A DNA stretch of 63,230 nucleotides, the filler included, from Actinomycetota bacterium (GTDB taxonomy: Bacteria > Actinomycetota > CADDZG01 > JAHWKV01 > JAOPZY01), in the NCBI GenBank assembly GCA_025963875.1. It is 4 parts of 4 records of this genome, joined end to end, with 100 filler letters (N's around TTAATTAATTAA, not from the genome) between each part and the next. Parts side by side here need not be neighbours in the genome. Positions count along the whole stretch, not along the records: positions 29,165 to 54,785 come from JAOPZY010000100.1; 3 more parts are not named here. The stretch is one strand, 5' to 3'. Positions 40,252-48,689 of this stretch are shown here, one piece after another. Position numbers and translations under genes: made by a program. Below the pieces are notes generated by a model. That model ran no database searches. It had not been told where the DNA came from and was given only the letters and a program-made list of their open reading frames with translations. The stretch's first letter is position 1, and the number at the start of each line of letters is the position of its first letter.

Positions 40252-41409
40252 ATGGAAACGAAACCGCTCACCGCACCATCAGCCAACGCGGCCGCCGTCC
40301 GCGCCGGTCCACTGACGAACGACGCAGGCTCCACCATGGGGCCTCGCGTCGGCGCCTCGGTCGTGCTGCTCGGCACGATCATCACCACGCTGGGCATAAG
40401 TTGGGACGTGCAGTGGCACAAGATGGTTGGCCCGGACACCTTCTTCACCCTCCCTCATCTGCTCCTCTACTCCGGTAGCGCGATCGCGGGGATCGCCAGC
40501 CTCGTCATGGTGCTGATGGCCACCTCTGCCCAGCGCGCCGGCCACCCCATGCCACGGACGGTGGGCGGCCCGCCCATCCGCCTGCTCGGCGGCACCTTCA
40601 CCGCACCGTTCGGTTACCTGATGGCCGGGGTCGGCGCGGCGTTGTTCCTGCTCTACGGCCTGGCCGACCTGTGGTGGCACTCGATCTACGGCTTCGACGC
40701 AGTGCTCAACAGCCCCTCGCACATCGCCCTGTTCCTGTCGATCTCGATCACCATGCTCGGCAGCGTCGCCATCTTCGCCGCCGCCCGCGACCAGCGATGG
40801 GGCCAGCTCGGCATCGTGCTCGCGATCCCGATCCTGATCACCTTCGCGCCCATCACCACCAACGCCTTCGCCAACCTGTCGCTGCCCATCGACCCGACGA
40901 TCGTCGGGATCATCTTCTTCTCGTCGCTGCTGCTGATCATGGGCGCGGGCATCCTGCGCCGCCCGGGCGGGGCCATCGCGATCGCCGCGGCGCTCGGGAT
41001 TCTGCAGGCGTTTCTGTGGTGGTTCTCCCCGTGGGCCGCGGTGACCTACGCCGCGGCGGTCGGACTGCCACTGCGCGACGGGCTCGCCCCCCAGCCACCG
41101 GACCTGCCCAGCGCCATTCCCATGTTCCTGCTCGTCGCGGCGGTCGTCGAGGCACTGTTCTGGATGATCCGTACCCGCGGTCTCAACGCCAGGAAGGTCA
41201 TGCCGCTGGTTGGCGGCGTGACGGGGTTGATCGTCGCCGACACCCTTCCGTTGCAGCAAGTCCTCACCGACCCCACCGCGAGCTTCAGCGCCGCGACGGT
41301 CGCCGTCATCGGGGTCGCCGGGATCCTGTTCGGACTCCTCGCCGGCTTCCTTGCCGCTCGGTTCATCACGATGCTACGCGCCTTGGCGCCTGACCCGAAG
41401 GAGGTCTGA
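40252..41409 (+). CDS. Polytopic membrane protein with two D-x-x-W-H...H metal-binding motifs (PmoC/AmoC-like spacing)
   Basis: ATG after GAGGGTG; WDVQWHKMVGPDTFFTLPH and ADLWWHSIYGFDAVLNSPSH; about 10 hydrophobic segments. The CDS is secure; the function is inferred. Confidence 0.85.
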   Translation: METKPLTAPSANAAAVRAGPLTNDAGSTMGPRVGASVVLLGTIITTLGISWDVQWHKMVGPDTFFTLPHLLLYSGSAIAGIASLVMVLMATSAQRAGHPMPRTVGGPPIRLLGGTFTAPFGYLMAGVGAALFLLYGLADLWWHSIYGFDAVLNSPSHIALFLSISITMLGSVAIFAAARDQRWGQLGIVLAIPILITFAPITTNAFANLSLPIDPTIVGIIFFSSLLLIMGAGILRRPGGAIAIAAALGILQAFLWWFSPWAAVTYAAAVGLPLRDGLAPQPPDLPSAIPMFLLVAAVVEALFWMIRTRGLNARKVMPLVGGVTGLIVADTLPLQQVLTDPTASFSAATVAVIGVAGILFGLLAGFLAARFITMLRALAPDPKEV

Positions 41410-41981
41410 TGAACACTCGAATTCGCCCGCCACGGACGAGGCAGTACCACCGGTTGGCCGTTGCGGCCCTGGTGACCGCCGCCCTGAGCCTGGCAGGGGC
41501 CGCTCCCGCGATGGCCTCCGCGCCGGTCAAGGTCGTTCACACCGAACGGGTCCAGGTCGGCCCCTACGGCGTGACCGTCGGATTCTCCGTCTGGCCGATC
41601 CGCGCCATGCGGTCGCTGGACTTCACCTTCTTGCCCGACGGTGGCATCGTGGGCAAGTCCGGGAAGCTGCTCCTGAACGGGCCCGGCATCAAACCCGACG
41701 AGCGCGTCACGCCCCTCGTGCGCCATCCCCGCAAGTTGGACTCGTGGGGCTTGGACGTGAAGGCCCTCAACGCCCCCGGCGCGTACAGCTTCGGGTTCGC
41801 CATCGATGGCCCGTTCGGACATGGGGACGGCACCCTGCAAGGGGTCACGGTGCTCAATCAGCCCGGTCCGCCACTGGGGTCGAGCTGGACCGTCGGCTCG
41901 CTGCCGTTCCTCGGTCTGGTCGTCGTCCTCGTGGTCGCCTGGCGGCGTATCCGGCCCGGCCGCCAGCCCCTCGCCATCTAA
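41409..41981 (+). CDS. Exported beta-rich protein with a C-terminal membrane anchor
   Basis: TGATG coupling to the upstream gene; signal peptide ending APAMA; alternating beta-strand pattern; C-terminal TM + RRIR. Confidence 0.85.
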   Translation: MNTRIRPPRTRQYHRLAVAALVTAALSLAGAAPAMASAPVKVVHTERVQVGPYGVTVGFSVWPIRAMRSLDFTFLPDGGIVGKSGKLLLNGPGIKPDERVTPLVRHPRKLDSWGLDVKALNAPGAYSFGFAIDGPFGHGDGTLQGVTVLNQPGPPLGSSWTVGSLPFLGLVVVLVVAWRRIRPGRQPLAI

Positions 41982-42199
41982 GCGTCCCGCCCGACCCGAT
42001 CGGCTGGCCCGCGCCCGCGGGCCAGCCCGAGCTCCAACGGTGCATCTGGTCTCCTCCCAATAGCAGCGCAAGGGCGGCTGCGGGGCAATGGTCGTCGAGC
42101 GGTTACGGTCGCCCCATGTCGCCCCGCGAGGCAACTGGGCCCAGGACGGTTGGGGATCGTCTCACCGTGACCCACAGACGCTCTAGGCGACCGGGCCCT

Positions 42200-42594
42200 T
42201 CAAGTGCTCGAGAAGAAGGCCGACGGTGCCGGCAGCTCCATCTGCCCCGAGCGCGTCTCCGAGATCCCTGCGCGGCCCAGGGCGGTCGGACTGAGGAAGT
42301 CGAGAATGACCATGGCGCGTCCAGCCGTGTAGGGCGTATCAAGTCGAGCGCTGTGCAGTGCCGTAATCCAGGCGGCGCCATGGGCATCCCCCAGATGCCC
42401 GGCCAGAACCACCAAGTCCGCCGGTGCCGCGTGCCGGCCGCTCACATACTCAAGCTGCATATGACGTGATCCCACCAACAGCAGGCGCGGTAGGGCAGGG
42501 GCCGGGCGTAAGCGGACAGCCACTGGTGGTGAAACCGCGCTGCCTCACACTCCTGCGTGGTCTCGTACCTCTTGGTGAATCGCTTCGGGCGCAT
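42200..42594 (-). pseudogene. Frameshifted, truncated phosphotransferase-like remnant
   Basis: MRPKRFTKRYETTQECEAARFHHQWL.. shifts frame into ..LPRLLLVGSRHMQLEYVSGRHAAPADL..LGDAH..LHSARLDTPY, then degenerates. Confidence 0.5.
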
Positions 42595-42605
42595 CAAAGG
42601 TCCCC

Positions 42606-42830
42606 CTACCGGACGCCGATCACGTACGTCACCGTTGAGGTCGCGGTCACCGGCTCGTCGGGCAACCGGGCGCGCATGGCACCGGCCAGTAGCGCGGCTT
42701 CCCTTCTCAGCGGGGCCGGGATTGCATACTTCGGGCTGGTTGCCAGGTAGTCCGCGACGTGATCGAGGTCGGCGAAGGTGAACCGGTACTCAGCAGGGAA
42801 GACAATGCATTCGATGACGCCTGGCGAAGG
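42606..42830 (-). pseudogene. C-terminal remnant of a gene, possibly a SAM methyltransferase
   Basis: Startless frame ..EYRFTFADLDHVADYLATSPKY..RLPDEPVTATSTVTYVIGVR* with GC3-rich codons. Confidence 0.45.
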
Positions 42831-43314
42831 AAGTGCCGCGTTTTCGCGCCCGGCTGGTCAGCGCGATCAAGCGGGCGCCTGAGGCATGCTGGTCGATCTT
42901 CGCCAGGACCCTTGGGCGCATCTTGCGCCGATACCCCAGGACGTACCGAAGAACGTGGCGGGTGATTCGGTTGTACACGCCGTTCTGATCGTTCTGCCCA
43001 CGCCCGTGTCGCAGTTGCCGAGACAGGATGCCCCACAGGCAGACATGGGTGGGAAGGTCCATGAAGACGACCGTGTCGGCGGCTTCCAGACGCACCTGGA
43101 CCGTCGAGTTGTAGTTCCCGTCGATCACCCATCGGGGGCCGGCGACCAGCTCGCGCTGCACGGCCTCGAATCGCTCCATGGGCAGGGGATTCCACTGGTC
43201 GTCGAAGTAGACGGCGTCCAAGTGCGTGACCGGCAGATTCAATAGCCGGCCGAGCTCCCGCGCGACGTAGGACTTCCCGCTTCCGCCACAACCCACGATG
43301 GCCACCCGTTTCAC
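42790..43314 (-). CDS. FlaR / topology-modulation-like P-loop kinase (C-terminus probably altered by a deletion)
   Basis: MKRVAIVGCGGSGKS, HLD, WVIDGNY, RLEAADTVVFMD. Confidence 0.85.
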   Translation of the reverse strand: MKRVAIVGCGGSGKSYVARELGRLLNLPVTHLDAVYFDDQWNPLPMERFEAVQRELVAGPRWVIDGNYNSTVQVRLEAADTVVFMDLPTHVCLWGILSRQLRHGRGQNDQNGVYNRITRHVLRYVLGYRRKMRPRVLAKIDQHASGARLIALTSRARKRGTSFARRHRMHCLPC

Positions 43315-43489
43315 GGGGGGTGACGCTACAACAGTCGCGGCTTGCTGCTTCGCCCCACCTTTCCATTGGGAGGGTCTGGCTCCGGGGCGCCATGGCGGAA
43401 TGGGGCACACCGCTGGGGAAGGCCAACGGCCCCCCTCGGGGGCCCGTTGGCAGTGGGTGGGCTCACCGGCTGCTCCGCTCACTCTCCCC

Positions 43490-43717
43490 CAAACCACGGG
43501 AGGGATGCCCGCGGTGGTAAAGGTCTCCTGGTAGGCGTCGCACGTTGGCAGCTTTGGCCCATATTCCTCCGAGGAGATCATCGGACAGCGAGATGGCCTG
43601 GATCCGAGTGAGAATGTGTGCTGCGGCCTCGTAACTGACCAGGCACGAAACGCCGAGCGCCGTCCCGTACGCCAGCCCTGGCCGCAGCACACCGGAGCGG
43701 ACCACTGGGGTAGTCAT
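43490..43717 (-). pseudogene. Truncated, frameshifted FUSC-like membrane protein
   Basis: ATG immediately after the fumC stop; TM segment, SDDLLGGIWA, then a shift to YQETFTTA and an abrupt end. Confidence 0.55.
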
Positions 43718-45190
43718 TTAGGTGTTCACGGCATCGAGTCCGAGGTCGCGTCGCGGATGTCCGACCATGGTCTTCGGGTCGACGATGCGGTCGAAGTCGG
43801 CGGCCGAGACGCCGAGCGCGAGTGCCGCCTCGCGTAGCGAGGTGCCTTCGTCGTCGGCCCTGTGTGCGATCGCGGAGGCCTTGTCGTAGCCGATGTGTGG
43901 GCTGAGCGCGGTTACGAGCATCAACGACCGGCCGACGTATTCTTTGACCTTGGCTCGGTCGAGTTCGGTGCCGTGAACGCTGTACTGGCGTAGCTTCTCC
44001 GCCGCGTCGCCGAGGATGCGGGCGGAGTGGAGGACGTTGTTGATGATGATCGGTCGCATCGCGTTGAGCTCGAAGTTCCCTTGCGCTCCGGCTGCGGCGA
44101 CGATCGAGTCCTCGCCGATCACCTGTAGGCAGACCATCACCATTGCTTCCTGCTGGGTCGGGTTGACCTTGCCGGGCATGATCGAGGAGCCTGGTTCGTT
44201 CGCTGGCAATCGCAGCTCGTGCAGGCCGGCGCGAGGGCCGGAGGCGAGCCAGCGCATGTCGTTGGCGATCTTCATCAGAGCGACGGCGACGCCGCGCAGG
44301 CTGGCACTGACGGCAACCATCGCGTCGAGCGAGCCTTGGGCGGCGAACTTGTTCGGCGCGGTCTTGAGAGGAAGACCGGTGAGCTCACTTAGCTTCAGGG
44401 CGATCTCCTCGCCGAACCCGTCGGGGGCGTTGATCCCGGTACCGACGGCGGTGCCGCCGGCGGCGAGCTCGTGTAATCCGTCGAGGGCCTGCTCGAGCCG
44501 CTGACCTGCGTCGCGGAGCTGCGTGGCCCAGCCTGACCACTCCTGCCCGACCGTGAGCGGAGTCGCGTCCTGCAGGTGCGTGCGCCCGATCTTCACGACG
44601 TCGACCCACTGCAGCGCCTTCTTCCAGATCTCGTCGGCGAGCTCGTCGAGGCGTGGCAGCGTGTGATGGCGGATCGACAGCAGCGTGGCTATGTGCATTG
44701 CCGTCGGGAAGCTGTCGTTCGACGACTGCCCCATGTTCACGTGATCGTTTGGGTGCACCGGGTGCTTGCTGCCGAGCTCGCCGCCCAGGAGCTGGGAGGC
44801 GCGGTTGCCGATCACCTCGTTGACGTTCATGTTCGACTGCGTGCCCGAGCCGGTCTGCCAGACGTAGAGCGGGAACTCCGAGTCGAGCTTGCCGGCGATC
44901 ACCTCGTCGGCCGCCGCGACGATCGCCTCGGCAAGCGCGCCGTCGAGACGGCCAGCTTCGGCGTTGACGAGCGCGGCCGCCTTCTTGACGTACCCGTAGG
45001 CGTGATAGACCGCCTTTGGCATCCGGTCGTCGCCAATCGAGAAGTGGATCAGCGAGCGCCCCGTCTGTGCGCCCCAGTAGTGCTCGGCCGGCACCTCGAT
45101 CTCGCCCATCGAGTCGCTCTCGATCCGCGTCCCGGTGGCGCTGGTCCCGATCGGCAGCTTGCGTAGGGCTTCCTTTGCAACGGTGGCCAT
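43718..45190 (-). CDS. fumC: Class II fumarate hydratase
   Basis: RIESDSMG, WQTGSGTQSNMN, QSSND, KIGRTHLQDA, GSSIMPGKVNPTQ; ATG overlaps the malic enzyme stop. Confidence 0.96.
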   Translation of the reverse strand: MATVAKEALRKLPIGTSATGTRIESDSMGEIEVPAEHYWGAQTGRSLIHFSIGDDRMPKAVYHAYGYVKKAAALVNAEAGRLDGALAEAIVAAADEVIAGKLDSEFPLYVWQTGSGTQSNMNVNEVIGNRASQLLGGELGSKHPVHPNDHVNMGQSSNDSFPTAMHIATLLSIRHHTLPRLDELADEIWKKALQWVDVVKIGRTHLQDATPLTVGQEWSGWATQLRDAGQRLEQALDGLHELAAGGTAVGTGINAPDGFGEEIALKLSELTGLPLKTAPNKFAAQGSLDAMVAVSASLRGVAVALMKIANDMRWLASGPRAGLHELRLPANEPGSSIMPGKVNPTQQEAMVMVCLQVIGEDSIVAAAGAQGNFELNAMRPIIINNVLHSARILGDAAEKLRQYSVHGTELDRAKVKEYVGRSLMLVTALSPHIGYDKASAIAHRADDEGTSLREAALALGVSAADFDRIVDPKTMVGHPRRDLGLDAVNT

Positions 45191-46854
45191 CACGACACCT
45201 CCAGATCGGGGTAGGACGCCTGCCACATCGCTTCCCGTACGGCCTCGATCGGGTCGTCGAGCGCCTCGGCGACCGCGTCCGCCGTCGCCTGGTTGGCGAC
45301 GGCGACGGCGACCGTCGCCGACGAGGTCCGAAGATTCTCGACGTCCGGTAGCAGCCCGGCGCCGGGGGTGCTGACGTCGACGAGGCTCGCGATCGCTTCC
45401 GCAGCTGCGAGCAACATGCCGTCGGTGACGTGTTCCGCTCCCGAAACGATGGTCCCAAGACCGATTCCCGGGTAGACGAGGGCGTTGTTGGCCTGGCCGA
45501 TCGCGTACTCGACACCCTTGTAGAGAACCGGGTCCCAGGGCGTGCCCGTGCCGACGAGACCGCGCCCGTCTGTCCACTTGATCACGTCGGCCGGAACCGC
45601 CTCGATCCGCTCGGTCGGGTTCGAGAGCGGGAAGATCAGCGGCCGCTCCACGTGCTTGGCCATCTCGCGCACGATTGGCTCCGTGAAGGCGCCCCCCACG
45701 GTCGAGGTGCCGACGATGATCGTCGGATGCACGTTCGCGACGACGCCCGCGAGGTCGGTCGACTCCCACCCGGCGACCTCCGAGCGCGGCCGCGCGTACG
45801 GCTGCTGGAAGTCGCGCAGGTCGGTCATGTCGTCGATCAGCAGGCCCTGCTTATCGACCGCCCAGAACCGGCGCGTCGCCTCGTGCTGGCTGAGACCGTC
45901 GCCGATCATGATCATGCGGATCTGGTCGGCGATGCCCATGCCCGCGGTGCCGGCTCCGAAGATGACGACTCGCTGCTCGCTCGCCTGCGTCTTGGCGACG
46001 CGCATGCCGGCGAGCGTTGCGGCGACCGTGATCGCGCCGGTCCCCTGGATGTCGTCGTTGAAGATCCGCGCTTTGTCGCGGTACTTGTTCAGGATCCGCC
46101 GCGCGTTGGAGGCGCCGAAGTCCTCGAAGTGCAGCAGCGCTTTCGGGAACAGGTTCGTCGCCGCCTCGACATAGGCGGCGACCAGCGCGTCGTAGCGCTC
46201 GCCGCGTACCCGGCTGTGCCGGTTGCCGACATAGAGCGGGTCGTTCAGAAGCGACTCGCGATCGGTGCCGACGTCGAGGCTGACGGGGATGACCCGGTCG
46301 GGATCGATTCCCGCCGCCGCGGTGTAGACCGCAAGCTTGCCGATCGAGATCGCCATCCCGTTCGCGTCCCAGTCGCCGATCCCGAGGATCGCTTCGGCGT
46401 CTGTTGCGACGACCAGATCGACGTCGTCGGCGCCGAGCCCGTAGTTGCGAAGCGCCGTCTCGACGCCGTCGATGTCGTCGACGGAGAGATAGACGCCGTC
46501 CGGCCGCCGGTACTCGTGGCTGTAGCGCTCGATCGCCTGCGCCACCACCGGGTCGTACACCACGGGCAGCATCTCCTTCAGATGCTGCTGCAACAGCCGG
46601 TGATAGAGCACCTCGTTGCGATCGTGCAGCGCCGCGAGGAAGGTGTTGCGTGCCAAGTCGTCGGGCTGTGCCCGGTACTGCTCATACGACCGCTGCGCTT
46701 GCTCCTCGAGCGAGCTGACACCCGCCGGGAGCAGCCCTTCGAGTCCGAATGCAGCACGTTCCTCGGCGGTGAACGCGGTACCCCGCGTGTAGCGAGCGTC
46801 CCTCAGCAGGGCGCGTCCGCGGGGAACGGAAGGCGATGTCACATGCGTGGTCAT
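45190..46854 (-). CDS. NAD-dependent malic enzyme
   Basis: GLEGLLP, ILGIGDW, LHFEDF, FNDDIQGTG, GAGTAG, PLSNPT, QANNAL. Confidence 0.95.
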   Translation of the reverse strand: MTTHVTSPSVPRGRALLRDARYTRGTAFTAEERAAFGLEGLLPAGVSSLEEQAQRSYEQYRAQPDDLARNTFLAALHDRNEVLYHRLLQQHLKEMLPVVYDPVVAQAIERYSHEYRRPDGVYLSVDDIDGVETALRNYGLGADDVDLVVATDAEAILGIGDWDANGMAISIGKLAVYTAAAGIDPDRVIPVSLDVGTDRESLLNDPLYVGNRHSRVRGERYDALVAAYVEAATNLFPKALLHFEDFGASNARRILNKYRDKARIFNDDIQGTGAITVAATLAGMRVAKTQASEQRVVIFGAGTAGMGIADQIRMIMIGDGLSQHEATRRFWAVDKQGLLIDDMTDLRDFQQPYARPRSEVAGWESTDLAGVVANVHPTIIVGTSTVGGAFTEPIVREMAKHVERPLIFPLSNPTERIEAVPADVIKWTDGRGLVGTGTPWDPVLYKGVEYAIGQANNALVYPGIGLGTIVSGAEHVTDGMLLAAAEAIASLVDVSTPGAGLLPDVENLRTSSATVAVAVANQATADAVAEALDDPIEAVREAMWQASYPDLEVS

Positions 46855-46888
46855 TGGGCTTCCTTTCCTATTGGGTCCTTACGGGGGG

Positions 46889-47869
46889 TCAGGCTGGCGT
46901 GCCGAGCGCCTTGTTGAGGAAGTCGATCGCCTGTGTGATGGCGCCCTCGGCCGCGTGCGTCCCGCGCAGGGCGTTGAGCATCATGAAGTCGTGGATCATG
47001 CCCTGGTAGCGGACTGCGGTGACGGGGACGCCAGCTTGGCGGAGCTTGTTCGCGTAGGCCTCGCCCTCGTCGCGCAGGACGTCAGCTTCGTCGGTGATCA
47101 CAAGTGCGGGCGGTAGGCCGGCGAGCTGATCGAGGCTCGCCCGCAGCGGCGAGGCGGTGATCTCGTTGCGCTTGTCCTCGTCGGTCGTGTACTGGTCCCA
47201 GAACCACTGCATCTCGTCGCGGCGCAGGTAGTAGCCCTCGGCGAACTGCTCGTAGGAACCGGTGTCGAAGCCGGCGTCGGTGACCGGATAGAAGAGCAGC
47301 TGCGCCACGAAGTGCACGTCGCCACGCTCCTTGGCCATCAAGGTCACTGCGGCGGTCATGTTGCCGCCGACCGAGTCGCCGGCGACGGCGAAACGGCTCA
47401 CGTCGAGGCCCTTGCCGGCGCCCTCCTTGACGGTCCACTGCGCGACGGCGTAGTTCTGCTCGATCGCGACCGGGTACTGCGCCTCCGGCGAGAGGCTGTA
47501 CTCCGGGAAGACGACCGCGGCGCCCGCGCCGACCGCCAGCTCGCGCACCAGCCGGTCGTGCGTCTTCGCATCCCCGAACACCCACCCGGCGCCGTGGATG
47601 TAGAGCACGACGGGAAGCGTGCCGGACACGCCGCGTGGCTTCACGATGCGGACCTTCACCTCACCGCTCGGGCCGCCCTTGACCGTGATCCACTCCTCGT
47701 CGATCTCGGGTTCGGCGATCTTGCCGGACTGCAGGTCGTCGAGGATCTTGCGGCCCTCGGCGGGCGGGACCTCCGAGATGAACGGATGCTTGGCTGTCGC
47801 CTCGACGAACGACTGCGCCGCCGGCTCCAACACCGGCGTCACCGCTTTGGTCTCGATCGTTGTGGACAT
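46889..47869 (-). CDS. HSL-family alpha/beta hydrolase (esterase)
   Basis: HGAGW, GDSVGG, DVLRDEG, HDF; AAGGAG RBS. Confidence 0.93.
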   Translation of the reverse strand: MSTTIETKAVTPVLEPAAQSFVEATAKHPFISEVPPAEGRKILDDLQSGKIAEPEIDEEWITVKGGPSGEVKVRIVKPRGVSGTLPVVLYIHGAGWVFGDAKTHDRLVRELAVGAGAAVVFPEYSLSPEAQYPVAIEQNYAVAQWTVKEGAGKGLDVSRFAVAGDSVGGNMTAAVTLMAKERGDVHFVAQLLFYPVTDAGFDTGSYEQFAEGYYLRRDEMQWFWDQYTTDEDKRNEITASPLRASLDQLAGLPPALVITDEADVLRDEGEAYANKLRQAGVPVTAVRYQGMIHDFMMLNALRGTHAAEGAITQAIDFLNKALGTPA

Positions 47870-47968
47870 GTGTTCTCCTTTCGCTCGTGGTCTTGCTCCT
47901 GTCTTGCCGTGGCCGGTTGACGCACGGCTTGAGGGTCGATTCTGAGGCGCGATCCGCATCCCCTCTTC

Positions 47969-48062
47969 GGTCAAATGACCTGATATTGGGGCGACCAATG
48001 CGATCGCTTCAGCGAGACTCGCGTGATCGAAGGAGCCTCAATGCGACTCGGGTCATTTGACC
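47969..48062. promoter_or_regulatory. Pair of near-palindromic operators in a divergent promoter
   Basis: GGTCAAATGACC (47969-47980) and its exact reverse complement GGTCATTTGACC (48051-48062). Confidence 0.65.
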
Positions 48063-48154
48063 CAAGACGTCGTCGCCCCGTACTCGCAAGATGGACCTAT
48101 GCGTCGCCACACAGATGGAAAGGAGGCACGCTGACGACCGAAGGATCTGAGCCG

Positions 48155-48568
48155 ATGCAAGTCCGGGACGAGTCGGCCGCCGACGTTGGTGAGGGAGTTG
48201 TCACAAAGGTGAGTCCCTGGTTGCCGGCCGACACGGTCTCCCGTCTTTTGGCGGTGGTGGCCGCGAGGGCGATGAAGGTGTTCGCCGTGATCGATCAGAG
48301 CGACGAGGCGCAAAACGCCGGACTCGAATTGCGCGACACCAAGCTCGTCATCTTCGGCAGCCCGCAGGCGGAAACTCCGGTGATGGTGGCCGCGCCGCTG
48401 GCGGCACTGGACCTGCCGTTCAAGATCCTGGTGTGGGCTGACGGACACCAGACGAAGCTCAGCTACAGGGCGCCGGCTGCGCTCACCAGCCGCTACGGCC
48501 TCAACGGCGAGTTGGCAGCGCGGCTCGCCGACATCGACGCGCTCACGAACGCTGTCATCCAGAGGTAG
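48155..48568 (+). CDS. DUF302 domain protein
   Basis: VFAVIDQS, LVIFGSP, ALDLPFKILVW. Confidence 0.85.
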   Translation: MQVRDESAADVGEGVVTKVSPWLPADTVSRLLAVVAARAMKVFAVIDQSDEAQNAGLELRDTKLVIFGSPQAETPVMVAAPLAALDLPFKILVWADGHQTKLSYRAPAALTSRYGLNGELAARLADIDALTNAVIQR

Positions 48569-48689
48569 CCGCGTCTCCTCGCGGAAATGTTCGCAGACCT
48601 CGTCGACTGGCACGCACTGGCGGAGCTCGTCGAGCGTGGATGCTCACCTCAGCTCGTGCTCAAAATCATCCACTGAAGGCGAAGGACTG

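Noticed and set aside
45191..45769. Apparent N-terminal extension of fumC in the ORF track
   Set aside because: Out-of-frame overlap with the malic enzyme gene; the true start is ATG 45190
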